Shown: piece after piece, positions 46,147 to 56,368 of the stretch | How positions within the stretch are numbered: position 1 is the stretch's first letter | Layout of the letters: each line of letters opens with the position of its first letter | Assembly (NCBI GenBank): GCA_017303895.1 | Contig: JAFLBF010000003.1 | Location: 181,694-245,693 of the forward strand | Direction of reading: 5' to 3' | Length of the DNA stretch: 64,000 bases | Source: Bacteroidota bacterium | GTDB taxonomy: Bacteria > Bacteroidota > Bacteroidia > 2-12-FULL-35-15 | The notes under the pieces: generated by a model | Seen by the model: only the letters and a program-made list of their open reading frames with translations | Told to the model about the DNA's origin: nothing | Database searches by the model: none | Translations under genes and position numbers: made by a program

Positions 46147-46905
46147 TTACCATTTTGCATCCGGATATGCACGTTGTAAGTATTGCATTTCCGCTAAAAT
46201 ATAACCTAAATTTTCAGTATGAACTCCTTTTCTGCTTCCTGTTTGCATGTATGCATCAGCAGGTACAGTTAATGTTGCTTCCAATAACACTTCTGTCATG
46301 ATCTTTTTCCAGCGTGCTTTCAAGCTATTCAGGTCAACTGCTATTCCTTCTTTAATAAGAATAGCATCTACCTCATTCATTTCAAATAATTCACCGGTGT
46401 ACATCCAGATATCGTTGAATGACTTTTGGATACGTTGATGGCTTTCTTCAGTTCCATCGCCCAAACGAAGTGTCCAGTCGGTAGCGAACTTTAAATGGTA
46501 TTTTACTTCCTTCACTGCTTTTGCAGAGATAGCAGCAATGGTCTCATCTTTTGATTTTACCAGCTCTTCGTATAAACAAAGATCAAATGCCGACATGATC
46601 AACTGGCGGGCAATGGTATAACCAAAATCACCGTTAGGTAATTGTACGATCAGGTTGCAAAGAAATTGACGCTCGCCACGTTTGTATGCTAAGTCATCTT
46701 CTGTTCTTCCTTTTCCTTCTACTTGTGCTGCGTATTTAAGCATAGCATCGGCACGACCGATCAGATCCAACGCCATGTTTGTCATGGCGATATCTTCTTC
46801 CAATAAAGGACCTTTGCTGCTCCATTCTGAAAGACGATGACCAAGGATCAAGGCATTGTCGCCAAGACGAAGTGTATAGCTAAATAATGCTTCTTGTTTT
46901 GTCAT
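46147..46905 (-). CDS. paaC: 1,2-phenylacetyl-CoA epoxidase subunit C
   Basis: 252 aa, ferritin-like, with PaaC-type sequence (LGDNALILGHRLSEW). Confidence 0.85.
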   Translation of the reverse strand: MTKQEALFSYTLRLGDNALILGHRLSEWSSKGPLLEEDIAMTNMALDLIGRADAMLKYAAQVEGKGRTEDDLAYKRGERQFLCNLIVQLPNGDFGYTIARQLIMSAFDLCLYEELVKSKDETIAAISAKAVKEVKYHLKFATDWTLRLGDGTEESHQRIQKSFNDIWMYTGELFEMNEVDAILIKEGIAVDLNSLKARWKKIMTEVLLEATLTVPADAYMQTGSRKGVHTENLGYILAEMQYLQRAYPDAKW

Positions 46906-46909
46906 GATA

Positions 46910-47203
46910 TTAAATATTTTTTGCGCCTTCAGGCATTACATAAAAAGTCGGGTGACGGTATGGTTTGTCGTTTGATGGATCGAACAACATTCCACTATCT
47001 TCCGGTGCAGATGCAACGATCGCTGCAGATAGAACAACCCAAATGCTCGTCCCTTCGCTTCTGCGGGTGTATAGGTCGCGTGCATTTTGTAATGCCATTT
47101 CTTTGTCGGTTGCATGTACGCTACCGGCATGTTTGTGAGGAATTCCAGGGTTCGCTTGAATAAACACTTCCCATAACTGTCCTTGTGAATCTTTTGTGCT
47201 CAT
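46910..47203 (-). CDS. paaB: 1,2-phenylacetyl-CoA epoxidase subunit B
   Basis: 97 aa with WEVFIQ...HAGSVHA typical of PaaB. Confidence 0.9.
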   Translation of the reverse strand: MSTKDSQGQLWEVFIQANPGIPHKHAGSVHATDKEMALQNARDLYTRRSEGTSIWVVLSAAIVASAPEDSGMLFDPSNDKPYRHPTFYVMPEGAKNI

Positions 47204-47236
47204 GTTAATTTTTTTTATGTTATGTAATCGCTATGA

Positions 47237-48178
47237 TTACGCTACTAATACTTCTTTCTTTTGTTTTGCTGCGTATGCATTGGCTGCTTCGCGCACCCAT
47301 GCTCCATTTTCATGTGCACTGATATGGTTGGCCAATCTGATCTTATTTAAAGGACCATTACCATTGATCACCTGATTGAATTCTTCCCAGTTGATCTCAC
47401 CATGCTCATAAACACCTTTTGCTTCGTTCCATTTTAATTTATCATCCGGAATTTTTAATCCGATCACTTCAGCCTGTTGAACAGTTTTGTCAATGAAACG
47501 TTGACGCAATACGTCATTGCTTTCACGTTTAATTCTCCATGTCATTGCTTTTCCTGAATGAGGAGAATCTGAATCATGCGGGCCGAACATCATTAAAGAT
47601 GGCCACCACCAGCGGTTCAAAGCATCCTGTGCCATTTCTTTTTGTTCAGGCGTTCCTAATGCCAACTTGCCCATGATCTCATATCCTTGGCGTTGGTGGA
47701 AACTTTCTTCTTTACAGATACGGATCATGGCACGTGAATACGGACCATAAGAAGTACGTTGTAAGGAGATCTGGTTAACGATAGCAGCACCATCTACTAA
47801 CCAGCCAATAGCTCCGATATCGGCCCAGGTAACTGCAGGGTAGTTGAATATACTGGAATATTTTGCTTTTCCGGTATGTAATTGGTCGATCAATTCTTCG
47901 CGGGAAATACCTAATGTTTCGCAAGCGCTGTAAAGATAAAGACCATGTCCGGCCTCATCTTGGATCTTCGCCAATAAGATCAATTTAGCACGTAAACTAG
48001 GAGCACGTGTGATCCAGTTTCCTTCCGGCTGCATACCGATCACTTCGGAGTGTGCATGTTGAGAGATCTGACGGATCAAATGCTTACGGTAATCTTCCGG
48101 CATCCAATCCTTCGGTTCTATTTTAGTGTCAGCATCAATGATGGTCTGAAACTTTTCTAAATTGTTTGTACTTTCCAT
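47237..48178 (-). CDS. paaA: 1,2-phenylacetyl-CoA epoxidase catalytic subunit A
   Basis: 313 aa with diiron motifs QDEAGHG and EESFHQRQG. Confidence 0.92.
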   Translation of the reverse strand: MESTNNLEKFQTIIDADTKIEPKDWMPEDYRKHLIRQISQHAHSEVIGMQPEGNWITRAPSLRAKLILLAKIQDEAGHGLYLYSACETLGISREELIDQLHTGKAKYSSIFNYPAVTWADIGAIGWLVDGAAIVNQISLQRTSYGPYSRAMIRICKEESFHQRQGYEIMGKLALGTPEQKEMAQDALNRWWWPSLMMFGPHDSDSPHSGKAMTWRIKRESNDVLRQRFIDKTVQQAEVIGLKIPDDKLKWNEAKGVYEHGEINWEEFNQVINGNGPLNKIRLANHISAHENGAWVREAANAYAAKQKKEVLVA

Positions 48179-48346
48179 TGAAAATATTTTTTGTGTTACA
48201 ATAGTACGTTAGTCATACTGATAAAAAAATGATTTTTATCACTGCTTACAAATATCGTGATTTTTTATCTAAAAAGATAACAGTTTTTGAGGTGATTTGT
48301 TCGGTAAAATCATTTTGGCCTAAATTACATTTTTGGCCTTACAAAT

Positions 48347-49519
48347 TTAGATTTTATCGGAATAAACAGCTTTTACTCTGTCGCGCAGGTTGTAGGCTGA
48401 ACTCATAACTTCACCATAGGCACCGGCTGTTCTTAAAGCGATCAGGTCGCCACGTTTTGTTTCGGGTAAATTAACCGCTTTCCCAAAACAATCGGAACTC
48501 TCGCAGATCGGTCCTACCACATCGTATTTCAAGTTGTTCGTTGTTTGTTTTTTGCTGTCGGAGGCGGAAATGTTTTCAATTTTATGATAGGCCTGATACA
48601 AAGCCGGACGCATTAATTCGGTCATGCCCGCATCTAAAATAGCAAAATTGGTATTCACTCCATTTTTAATGTATAACACTTTAGAGATGAGGGTGCCGCA
48701 TTGTGCAATGATGGCTCTTCCTAATTCGAAATGCACTTTTTGCTTAGGGCGTAATTCTAAAAAGTCGTTGAATAATTTGAAGTAAGCAGCAAAATCTGCG
48801 ATCAGGTTTTCATCCGGATTGTGATAATCAACACCCAGTCCTCCACCAACATTAATGTTTTCGATGTGTATTTTATGGCTTACAAACCAACTTTGAATTT
48901 CATTTACTTTTAAGCAAAGGGATTTAAAGGCACTTAGATCCGTTATTTGTGATCCGATATGAAAGTGCAATCCGATCAGTTTTATGTTAGCGCAAGTAGC
49001 AATTTTATTTACTACAGTTTCCAATTCCCACAGATTAATGCCGAATTTATTTTCTTCTAATCCGGTAGTGATGTATTTATGTGTATTGGCATTTACATTT
49101 GGATTTATCCGGAGTGCAATGCTTGCTGTTTTGTTTTTTGCTGTTGCGAGTTCATTAATAATCTCAATTTCCTGCAAGCTTTCGCAGTTAAAGCAAAAAA
49201 TATTTTGATCCAATGCATAATTGATCTCCTCATCACTTTTTCCTACTCCTGCAAAAACTATGTGTTGTGAGTCGAACTGACATTCCACTGCTTTTTTTAC
49301 TTCGTTTCCACTTACACAGTCAGCACCAATATGATACGACTTTATGATGTTCAATAGCTCATTATTAGCATTTGCTTTTAAAGCATAATGCACAATAAAA
49401 TTATATTTATCGCTTTCCTTTTTTACGGCATCCAATGTTTGTTTTAAAACATTTACATCGTAATAATAAAACGGTGTTTTTATAGATTGAAACTTGTTAA
49501 TTATTGTTTGATCAAACAT
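48347..49519 (-). CDS. lysA: Diaminopimelate decarboxylase
   Basis: It has the PLP-Lys motif HYALKAN, the GGG loop and the C-terminal GAYG motif. Confidence 0.9.
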   Translation of the reverse strand: MFDQTIINKFQSIKTPFYYYDVNVLKQTLDAVKKESDKYNFIVHYALKANANNELLNIIKSYHIGADCVSGNEVKKAVECQFDSQHIVFAGVGKSDEEINYALDQNIFCFNCESLQEIEIINELATAKNKTASIALRINPNVNANTHKYITTGLEENKFGINLWELETVVNKIATCANIKLIGLHFHIGSQITDLSAFKSLCLKVNEIQSWFVSHKIHIENINVGGGLGVDYHNPDENLIADFAAYFKLFNDFLELRPKQKVHFELGRAIIAQCGTLISKVLYIKNGVNTNFAILDAGMTELMRPALYQAYHKIENISASDSKKQTTNNLKYDVVGPICESSDCFGKAVNLPETKRGDLIALRTAGAYGEVMSSAYNLRDRVKAVYSDKI

Positions 49520-49533
49520 GGTCGTAATTGAGT

Positions 49534-50844
49534 TTAGAATAATCCATTGTTAAGTGCAACCAGTGTGTCTTTTTTTAGTTTGCTATCCACCAGAATAGAT
49601 ACATTGTGTTCACTTCCTCCATAAGAGATCATGCGGATTGGTATGTGTTTTAACGCATCAAATATTTTAAAGGCATAACCTTGTTTTTCGGCAGCAAAAT
49701 TTCCAACGATACAAACAATAGTCAGATCGTTATCTACTTCAACCGAACAAAATTCCTTTAATTCCTGCATGATGGCATCCAGATTTTTTGTATTGTCGAT
49801 GGTCAATGATACCGCCACCTCTGAAGTGGTAATCATGTCGATCGGTGTTTTGTAGCGTTCGAATATTTCAAATACAGCACGTAAAAAACCATAAGCCAAT
49901 AGCATTCGTCCCGATTTAATTTTGATAGCCGTGATGCCATCTTTGGCAGCTACTGCTTTTACATTGTCGCCAGTTGTTTTGGATGAAATAACAGTGCCTT
50001 TTGCTTCGGGCTGCATGGTGTTGAGCAGGCGAACAGGAATGTTGCGCATTTGAGCCGGAAGAATACAAGTAGGATGTAGGATTTTCGCTCCGAAATAAGC
50101 TAACTCGGCAGCTTCATCAAATGAAAGCTCGGCAATAGGATGTGTTTTGTCAACTATGCGCGGATCGTTATTGTGCATCCCGTCAATATCAGTCCATATT
50201 TGAATTTCATCCGATTGGATGGCTGCGCCTAAAATAGTAGCAGTATAGTCGCTACCTCCACGTTTTAAATTGTCGATCTCACCAAAGGCATTTCTGCAAA
50301 TGTATCCTTGTGTAATGAAGAGCTTGGTGTTTGGGTATTTCGCTAATTCTGCTTTTGCATTTTGCTCGATGTATTTCATATCGGGCTCTTCATTCTCATC
50401 AATGCGCATAAAATTGAGAGCAGGCAAAAGAACAGATGCTGTTCCTATCTCCTCCAAATAATAATGGAACATGGCTGTGGAAAGCAATTCGCCTTGTGCC
50501 AATATTGCCCGCTCTTCGTTTACCGTGAACATGTCCATAGTAAAAGAGCGCAGGTAGTTGAAGTGCGAATGAATAAGTTCTTCACCCTTTTTTAAGGCAG
50601 CACCGGTTTTGTATAATTGTTTGATCACTTCCTTGTATTTGTTCTCAAGTACATCGATCAAATTGTTCGCTTTGTTATTATCCTTTGCGTACAGTGCTGC
50701 CGCTATCTCAACTAAATTGTTGGTGGTGCCGCTCATGGCGGATAAAACAACAATTTTTGGTGTACTGTCGCTGATCAGGTTTACCAATGCATGCATACGT
50801 TCAGCAGAACCTACAGAGGTGCCTCCAAATTTTAAAACTCTCAT
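49534..50844 (-). CDS. lysC: Aspartate kinase
   Basis: It has the N-terminus VLKFGGTSVGS and C-terminal ACT repeats. Confidence 0.9.
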   Translation of the reverse strand: MRVLKFGGTSVGSAERMHALVNLISDSTPKIVVLSAMSGTTNNLVEIAAALYAKDNNKANNLIDVLENKYKEVIKQLYKTGAALKKGEELIHSHFNYLRSFTMDMFTVNEERAILAQGELLSTAMFHYYLEEIGTASVLLPALNFMRIDENEEPDMKYIEQNAKAELAKYPNTKLFITQGYICRNAFGEIDNLKRGGSDYTATILGAAIQSDEIQIWTDIDGMHNNDPRIVDKTHPIAELSFDEAAELAYFGAKILHPTCILPAQMRNIPVRLLNTMQPEAKGTVISSKTTGDNVKAVAAKDGITAIKIKSGRMLLAYGFLRAVFEIFERYKTPIDMITTSEVAVSLTIDNTKNLDAIMQELKEFCSVEVDNDLTIVCIVGNFAAEKQGYAFKIFDALKHIPIRMISYGGSEHNVSILVDSKLKKDTLVALNNGLF

Positions 50845-50986
50845 TTTTTATGAATTAACAGTAATTAACAAATTAAAGTCAGCAAATTTATAATAATTGA
50901 AATACACTCAGGCAATTATTATGTACTTTCGTAGGGCAAAAAACATCCCTGCCATCTTATTTTTAATGGTAATTTAGCAACGATTT

Positions 50987-51718
50987 ATGTTTACATTATT
51001 AAAAAAAGAAATACGCAGTTTTTTGAGTTCGCTCATTGGCTACATTACAATTACCGTTTTTTTGCTGGTGATCAGTTTGTTCATGTGGGTGCTGGAAACC
51101 GATTCGAATGTGTTGGATAACGGGTATGCGAACATTGATCCTTTGTTCATTTTAGCTCCTTGGGTGTTTTTATTCTTGATTCCGGCCATTACCATGCGAT
51201 CCTTTGCGGATGAAAAAAAGGCCGGAACCATTGAGTTATTACTGACTCGCCCCTTGACCGATCTTCAGATCATTCTTGCGAAATATTTTGCCGGATTCAT
51301 CCTTGTTTTATTTTCGTTGCTACCAACACTTATCTATTATTATTCCGTTCATAAATTGGGCAGTCCGGTTGGAAATATTGATACTGGAGGAATGTGGGGG
51401 TCTTACATTGGTTTATTGTTTTTAGGTGCTGCATTTGTTTCTATTGGCGTATTTGCTTCTGCTATCACCGATAATCAGGTGGTATCGTTTATTTTGGCCT
51501 TGTTCTTATGCTTTTTTATTTATACCGGTTTTGATTTTATCGGTTCCTTCTCTTTGTTCGGAAAATTTGATAATGTGATCCTTTCACTTGGGATCAACCA
51601 GCATTATATTTCTATGAGTCGCGGTGTTATCGATACCCGCGATATGATCTATTTTATAAGTTTAATCGCTTTGTTTGTGGTAGCAACACGCACAGTTTTA
51701 GAAAGCAGAAAGTGGTAA
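50987..51718 (+). CDS. gldF: Gliding-motility ABC transporter permease GldF
   Basis: 243-aa ABC-2 type permease located immediately upstream of a GldG-like gene. Confidence 0.8.
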   Translation: MFTLLKKEIRSFLSSLIGYITITVFLLVISLFMWVLETDSNVLDNGYANIDPLFILAPWVFLFLIPAITMRSFADEKKAGTIELLLTRPLTDLQIILAKYFAGFILVLFSLLPTLIYYYSVHKLGSPVGNIDTGGMWGSYIGLLFLGAAFVSIGVFASAITDNQVVSFILALFLCFFIYTGFDFIGSFSLFGKFDNVILSLGINQHYISMSRGVIDTRDMIYFISLIALFVVATRTVLESRKW

Positions 51719-51719
51719 G

Positions 51720-53414
51720 ATGAGCGAGATAAACAAAAATAAAAAACGGGATCTAACAGCGCTGGCATTAGCGGTGCTGATCATTGTGTTGCTCAATTTT
51801 GTCGGGTCATTTGTTTTTCATCGTTTCGACCTTACAGCGGAAAAGCGCTATACATTGTCCGATGCTACTAAGAATCTATTGTCGGAGATCAATGATGTGG
51901 TGTATGTGAAAGTATATCTGGATGGCGATTTCCCAGCAGGATTTAAGCGCTTGCGTGATGAAACAAGAGAGATGTTGGATGAATTCAGAGCCTATTCAAA
52001 CGATAATATTGAATATGAGTTCATTAATCCTTCGGTAAGTGATAATAAGAAACAGCAGAACGAGATCTACAAGCAGTTGTATGACAAGGGGCTGGAGCCG
52101 ACCAATCTGGAGGTGAAGGAGGAGAATGGAACTACGCAACAAATCATTTGGCCTGCCGCACTTGTAACCTATAAAGGAAGAGAATTGCCATGGCAATTGC
52201 TTAAAACACAAATGGGGCAATCGGCTGAAGGGCAGTTAAACAATTCTATTCAGGCTTTGGAATATGAATTTGCGAGTGTGATCCGTAATTTAAGTAAGGT
52301 GATCCGTCCGCAGATCGGATTTATTGAAGGGCATGGTGAGTTAGATACACTGGCTACTTATGATATTGCTGCTGCTTTGAGTGAATTCTATATTGTAAAA
52401 AGAGTAGAGATCAAACAACAGTTGAAAGCTTTGGAAGGTTATAAAGCGATCGTTATCGCAAAACCGGATACCGCTTTTAGTGAGCAGGATCAATTTATCC
52501 TCGATCAATACATCATGAAAGGTGGAAAAGTGTTGTGGGTGGTGGATCCGATCAATATGCCGGTGGATAGCTTGAGCAGAATGGGAAGGGTAATGGCTGT
52601 TCCATATACGCTTGGTATCGATAAGATGTTGTACAAATATGGCGTTCGTGTGAATGAGAATATGGTGGTTGACATGCAATGCAGCGCTATTCCGATCAAC
52701 AAAGCATTAAAAGGGCAGCAACCCCGCTTTGAATTGATGCCTTGGATCTTTTCTCCATTGCTGAATCCAACACTGGATCATCCGATCGCAAAAAATCTGG
52801 ATATCATCAAAACTGATTTTGCTTCAACTATTGATACGATCGAGCAAAAAGGGGTGAAGAAGACCATTCTTTTACAATCGTCAAAATATAGTAAAACATT
52901 GGTGCAGCCGGTTCGAGTTGATCTGAACTATTTACGTTTCCAATTGGATGAAAAACAATTTAATAATCCGTATCAGAATGTAGCAGTGTTGTTAGAAGGC
53001 GAATTTCAATCGGTATTCAAAAACAGGATACCTCCAGAAATAGCCAATGATAGTGCCATTGGTTTTAAAGCAAATGGAGTAAAAACAGCTATGATCGTGA
53101 TCTCTGATGGCGATATCATCCGTAACGATGTGCAATATCAAACACGTAAACCTTATCCATTAGGATTTGACAAATACACACAACGTACCTATGGTAACCG
53201 TAATTTTATTTTGAATTGTATCAATTATTTATGTGATGATTCCGGGTTGATCAGTGTACGGGCACGTGAGTTAACATTGCGTTTGTTGGATAAAAAGAAA
53301 GTAAAAAATGAAGGAACAAAATGGAAGGTGATCAATACTGCTGTTCCTTTATTATTGGTGATCGTTTATGGTTTGATCTATTATTATATCCGTAAACGTA
53401 AGTATTCTTCATAG
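51720..53414 (+). CDS. gldG: Gliding-motility ABC transporter accessory protein GldG
   Basis: 564 aa with N- and C-terminal TM anchors and GldG-type sequence. Confidence 0.8.
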   Translation: MSEINKNKKRDLTALALAVLIIVLLNFVGSFVFHRFDLTAEKRYTLSDATKNLLSEINDVVYVKVYLDGDFPAGFKRLRDETREMLDEFRAYSNDNIEYEFINPSVSDNKKQQNEIYKQLYDKGLEPTNLEVKEENGTTQQIIWPAALVTYKGRELPWQLLKTQMGQSAEGQLNNSIQALEYEFASVIRNLSKVIRPQIGFIEGHGELDTLATYDIAAALSEFYIVKRVEIKQQLKALEGYKAIVIAKPDTAFSEQDQFILDQYIMKGGKVLWVVDPINMPVDSLSRMGRVMAVPYTLGIDKMLYKYGVRVNENMVVDMQCSAIPINKALKGQQPRFELMPWIFSPLLNPTLDHPIAKNLDIIKTDFASTIDTIEQKGVKKTILLQSSKYSKTLVQPVRVDLNYLRFQLDEKQFNNPYQNVAVLLEGEFQSVFKNRIPPEIANDSAIGFKANGVKTAMIVISDGDIIRNDVQYQTRKPYPLGFDKYTQRTYGNRNFILNCINYLCDDSGLISVRARELTLRLLDKKKVKNEGTKWKVINTAVPLLLVIVYGLIYYYIRKRKYSS

Positions 53415-53423
53415 AAAATAAAG

Positions 53424-54482
53424 ATGAAAAAAAATAGAATAGCAATTATTGTGTTGATCGTTCTGGCTGCTGTTTCAGGATGGTTTATGTTGAACAATAA
53501 AAAAGGAACCATTAAAGAAACGCTGCGTGATTTTGCCGTAGCAGACACAGCGTCCATTACCAAGATCTTTTTAGCCGATAAAGAAGGGAAATCAGTTACA
53601 CTGGAGCGCGAAATTGGTGGCCCATGGAAAGTGAATGGGAAATACAATGCCCGTCCGGATGCTATTCAAGTGTTGATGGAAACCATCAAACGTGTGGATG
53701 TGAAAGAGCCTGTGGGGAAGGCTGCACAGGATAATGTGGTAAAACGTTTGGCGGCAAAGGCTGTGAGATGTGAGATCTTTCAAAACGGACAGTTGACAAA
53801 GGCGTATTATGTGGGAACAGAAACACAGGATCAGACAGGAACCTATATGATATTGATCGACCTGGAAACAATGAAAACATCGGCTAAGCCATTTGTAACC
53901 TATATTCCAGGATTTGAGGGTTATCTGACCACCCGCTATTTCACGAATGAGCGTGATTGGAGAGATAGAACTGTATTTCAGTATGTACCAACCGATATCA
54001 AGTCTGTAAAATTAGAAGTACCTGATAAGCCGGAAATGGGATACGAGTTGATCATTAATGGGAATAATGATTATGAAGTAAAGATGCAAACAGGAAAGGT
54101 CTTGAACGGGATTGATTCCATGGCCGTGAAACAATATCTTTCTTATTTTCAGCAGATCAATTTTGAGAGTATGGATCTTGCCATGACACAAAAAGAGATC
54201 GATTCAACATTATTATCCAAACCGATCAATATTCTTACTGTTACCAATCAAAAGGGCGAAGTGAATTCGGTGAAATTCTTTCTTCGTAAGCCAAGCAAAG
54301 AATCCTATGATGTGGATGGAAAGTTGAATGTGTTTGATCCGGAGCGTATGAATGCACTCTTGGATGGTAAAGATCTGGTGATGGTACAATATTATGTTTT
54401 TGGAAAATTGATGCCACCGGCAGAATATTTTTTGAAAAATACAGGAGGTCCTCAGGCAGGCAAACCGGTTTCGAAAAAATAG
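53424..54482 (+). CDS. DUF4340-like protein downstream of gldG
   Basis: 352 aa with an N-terminal TM. Its position after gldG is typical for DUF4340 proteins. The family call is from context and sequence character only. Confidence 0.5.
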   Translation: MKKNRIAIIVLIVLAAVSGWFMLNNKKGTIKETLRDFAVADTASITKIFLADKEGKSVTLEREIGGPWKVNGKYNARPDAIQVLMETIKRVDVKEPVGKAAQDNVVKRLAAKAVRCEIFQNGQLTKAYYVGTETQDQTGTYMILIDLETMKTSAKPFVTYIPGFEGYLTTRYFTNERDWRDRTVFQYVPTDIKSVKLEVPDKPEMGYELIINGNNDYEVKMQTGKVLNGIDSMAVKQYLSYFQQINFESMDLAMTQKEIDSTLLSKPINILTVTNQKGEVNSVKFFLRKPSKESYDVDGKLNVFDPERMNALLDGKDLVMVQYYVFGKLMPPAEYFLKNTGGPQAGKPVSKK

Positions 54483-54651
54483 GTCATTTTATTAACCGAA
54501 ATTCAAGGAAATCCTCATTAAATGGAGGTTTTTTTATGTTAAAAAGTCGGTTAAAACAAATCATTTTAATAAAAATTGAACAAAGTAAATGCAGTATATT
54601 TGCTCTGTAAGTTTTTACAAAAAACGTAATCACTCTTAAAAATTATACGAT

Positions 54652-55773
54652 ATGAAATTTATTGTTTCAAGTACATCATTACTAAAACAGTTGCAAGCGA
54701 TCAGTGGCGTGTTGAATTCTAACAATGCATTGCCTATTTTGGACAATTTCCTGTTCGAGATCGACAAAAATCAGTTGAAGGTGTCAGCATCTGACCTGGA
54801 AACGACCATGACGACCATTATTGCTATTGAATCAAAAGATACCGGCAATATTGCGGTGCCTGCTAAATTGTTAGTAGATACTTTGAAAACATTTGCTGAT
54901 CAGCCTCTAACATTCAGTATTGACGATAAAAAATACGGTATTGAGATCCTCTCTGATTACGGTAAATATAAATTGACAGGTCATAATGGTGATGAGTTCC
55001 CTAAATTACCTGCTATTGAATCGGCTTCCTCTTTGGAGATCGATGCAAGTGTATTGGCATCTGCCATTAATAAAACGATCTTCGCAACCGGAAACGATGA
55101 ATTACGCCCGGTAATGTCAGGTGTATTCTGCCAACTTTCTACCGATAACATCACATTTGTTGCAACCGATGCTCATAAATTGGTGCGTTACAGAAGAAGT
55201 GATGCAAAAGCAGCAAGTGCATCTTCGTTCATTTTACCAAAAAAACCATTGAACTTGTTGAAGAACATTCTTTCAAGTGTAAGTGGAATGGCAAAGATCG
55301 AGTACAATACTACAAACGCATTTTTCTCTTTTGAAAATACAAACCTTGTTTGTCGTTTGATCGATGGAAAATATCCAAACTATGAAGCGGTTATTCCAAA
55401 AGAAAATCCAAATAAATTAACCGTTGACAGAGTTTCTTTCTTAAGTTCTATCAAACGTGTATCTATCTTCTCTAACAAAACAACACACCAGGTGCGTTTA
55501 AAAATTGCTGGTAGCGAATTAAGTATTTCTGCAGAAGATCTTGATTTTGCAAACGAGGCAAGTGAGCGTTTAACTTGTCAGTATGCCGGTGAAGATATGG
55601 AGATCGGATTTAACTCTAAATTCTTAGCAGAGATGTTAAGTAACTTAACTTGCGAGAACGTGAATTTAGAAATGAGTGCTCCTAACCGTGCAGGAATTTT
55701 ATTACCTGCTGAAAGAGAAAATGATGCGGAAGATGTGTTGATGTTGGTAATGCCTGTAATGTTAAATAACTAA
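54652..55773 (+). CDS. dnaN: DNA polymerase III beta sliding clamp
   Basis: 373 aa with canonical DnaN sequence (MKFIVSS...LLKQLQ...). No dnaA is adjacent. Confidence 0.95.
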   Translation: MKFIVSSTSLLKQLQAISGVLNSNNALPILDNFLFEIDKNQLKVSASDLETTMTTIIAIESKDTGNIAVPAKLLVDTLKTFADQPLTFSIDDKKYGIEILSDYGKYKLTGHNGDEFPKLPAIESASSLEIDASVLASAINKTIFATGNDELRPVMSGVFCQLSTDNITFVATDAHKLVRYRRSDAKAASASSFILPKKPLNLLKNILSSVSGMAKIEYNTTNAFFSFENTNLVCRLIDGKYPNYEAVIPKENPNKLTVDRVSFLSSIKRVSIFSNKTTHQVRLKIAGSELSISAEDLDFANEASERLTCQYAGEDMEIGFNSKFLAEMLSNLTCENVNLEMSAPNRAGILLPAERENDAEDVLMLVMPVMLNN

Positions 55774-55794
55774 GAATACTGATTACTTGAATAT

Positions 55795-55827
55795 AAAAAA
55801 GCTTCTACATTTTGTAGAAGCTTTTTT
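55795..55827. terminator. Bidirectional rho-independent terminator
   Basis: The stem gcttctaca/tgtagaagc (55801-55809 / 55813-55821) is flanked by A6 and T6 runs. Confidence 0.8.
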
Positions 55828-55839
55828 ATATTTCCCTGA

Positions 55840-56277
55840 TTACTCCCTTTTGTAATACACGTCAATATCAGAAAGCTGAATTATCCCTTTTGATGTTAAA
55901 GCATTCATTAACTCCGGATAAATAATGTCTATTTCAGGTGTTAGGGGAAATGGATCGTTTCCGTTTTTGGGCCATCGTAATAAATAGTCACTTACCCATT
56001 CGTTTTTTTCGTTTTTTGATAAGAATGTGAGTTTGTTTTTCTCCAGTAAATAGCGTCCATGTGTAGTTTTGCCATTAATCGTTTTAGTATAGGTTGAATC
56101 GGTCTTGAAAATGATCTCGGCAGTGAATTGTTGTTTCGTTGAGTCGGGAATAGTTCTTTTCTTGTCAAAGCATTCTAATTTATAGTATTTCCATTTCCCG
56201 ATCAAGAAGTTGGAAGGAGCGTCTTGCCAGGACAAAGATATTAATGCAATTAACAGACAATAAAAAAAGATTCTCAT
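55840..56277 (-). CDS. Small secreted hypothetical protein (lipocalin-like character)
   Basis: 145 aa with a signal peptide and a GKWKY motif. Confidence 0.4.
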   Translation of the reverse strand: MRIFFYCLLIALISLSWQDAPSNFLIGKWKYYKLECFDKKRTIPDSTKQQFTAEIIFKTDSTYTKTINGKTTHGRYLLEKNKLTFLSKNEKNEWVSDYLLRWPKNGNDPFPLTPEIDIIYPELMNALTSKGIIQLSDIDVYYKRE

Positions 56278-56368
56278 GTTATTGGGTTGTTTTACTCAAA
56301 TTTATTCCATTATAATAACACTTCAAAATAAGGATAACATTAAATCAATAATTGTTTAAATTTGATCT

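Noticed and set aside
50845-50986. Possible lysine riboswitch (L-box) upstream of lysC.
   Set aside because: The spacer is only 142 nt and very AT-rich. It lacks the conserved GC-rich helices and AGAGGNGC-type core of L-box leaders. I saw only a TAAATTTG -7-like box (50883-50890, minus strand).
54508-54536. Terminator after the DUF4340-like gene (cctca...tggagg followed by T7).
   Set aside because: The stem is only ~5 bp and has a bulge. The T-run is good, but the hairpin is too weak to call with confidence.
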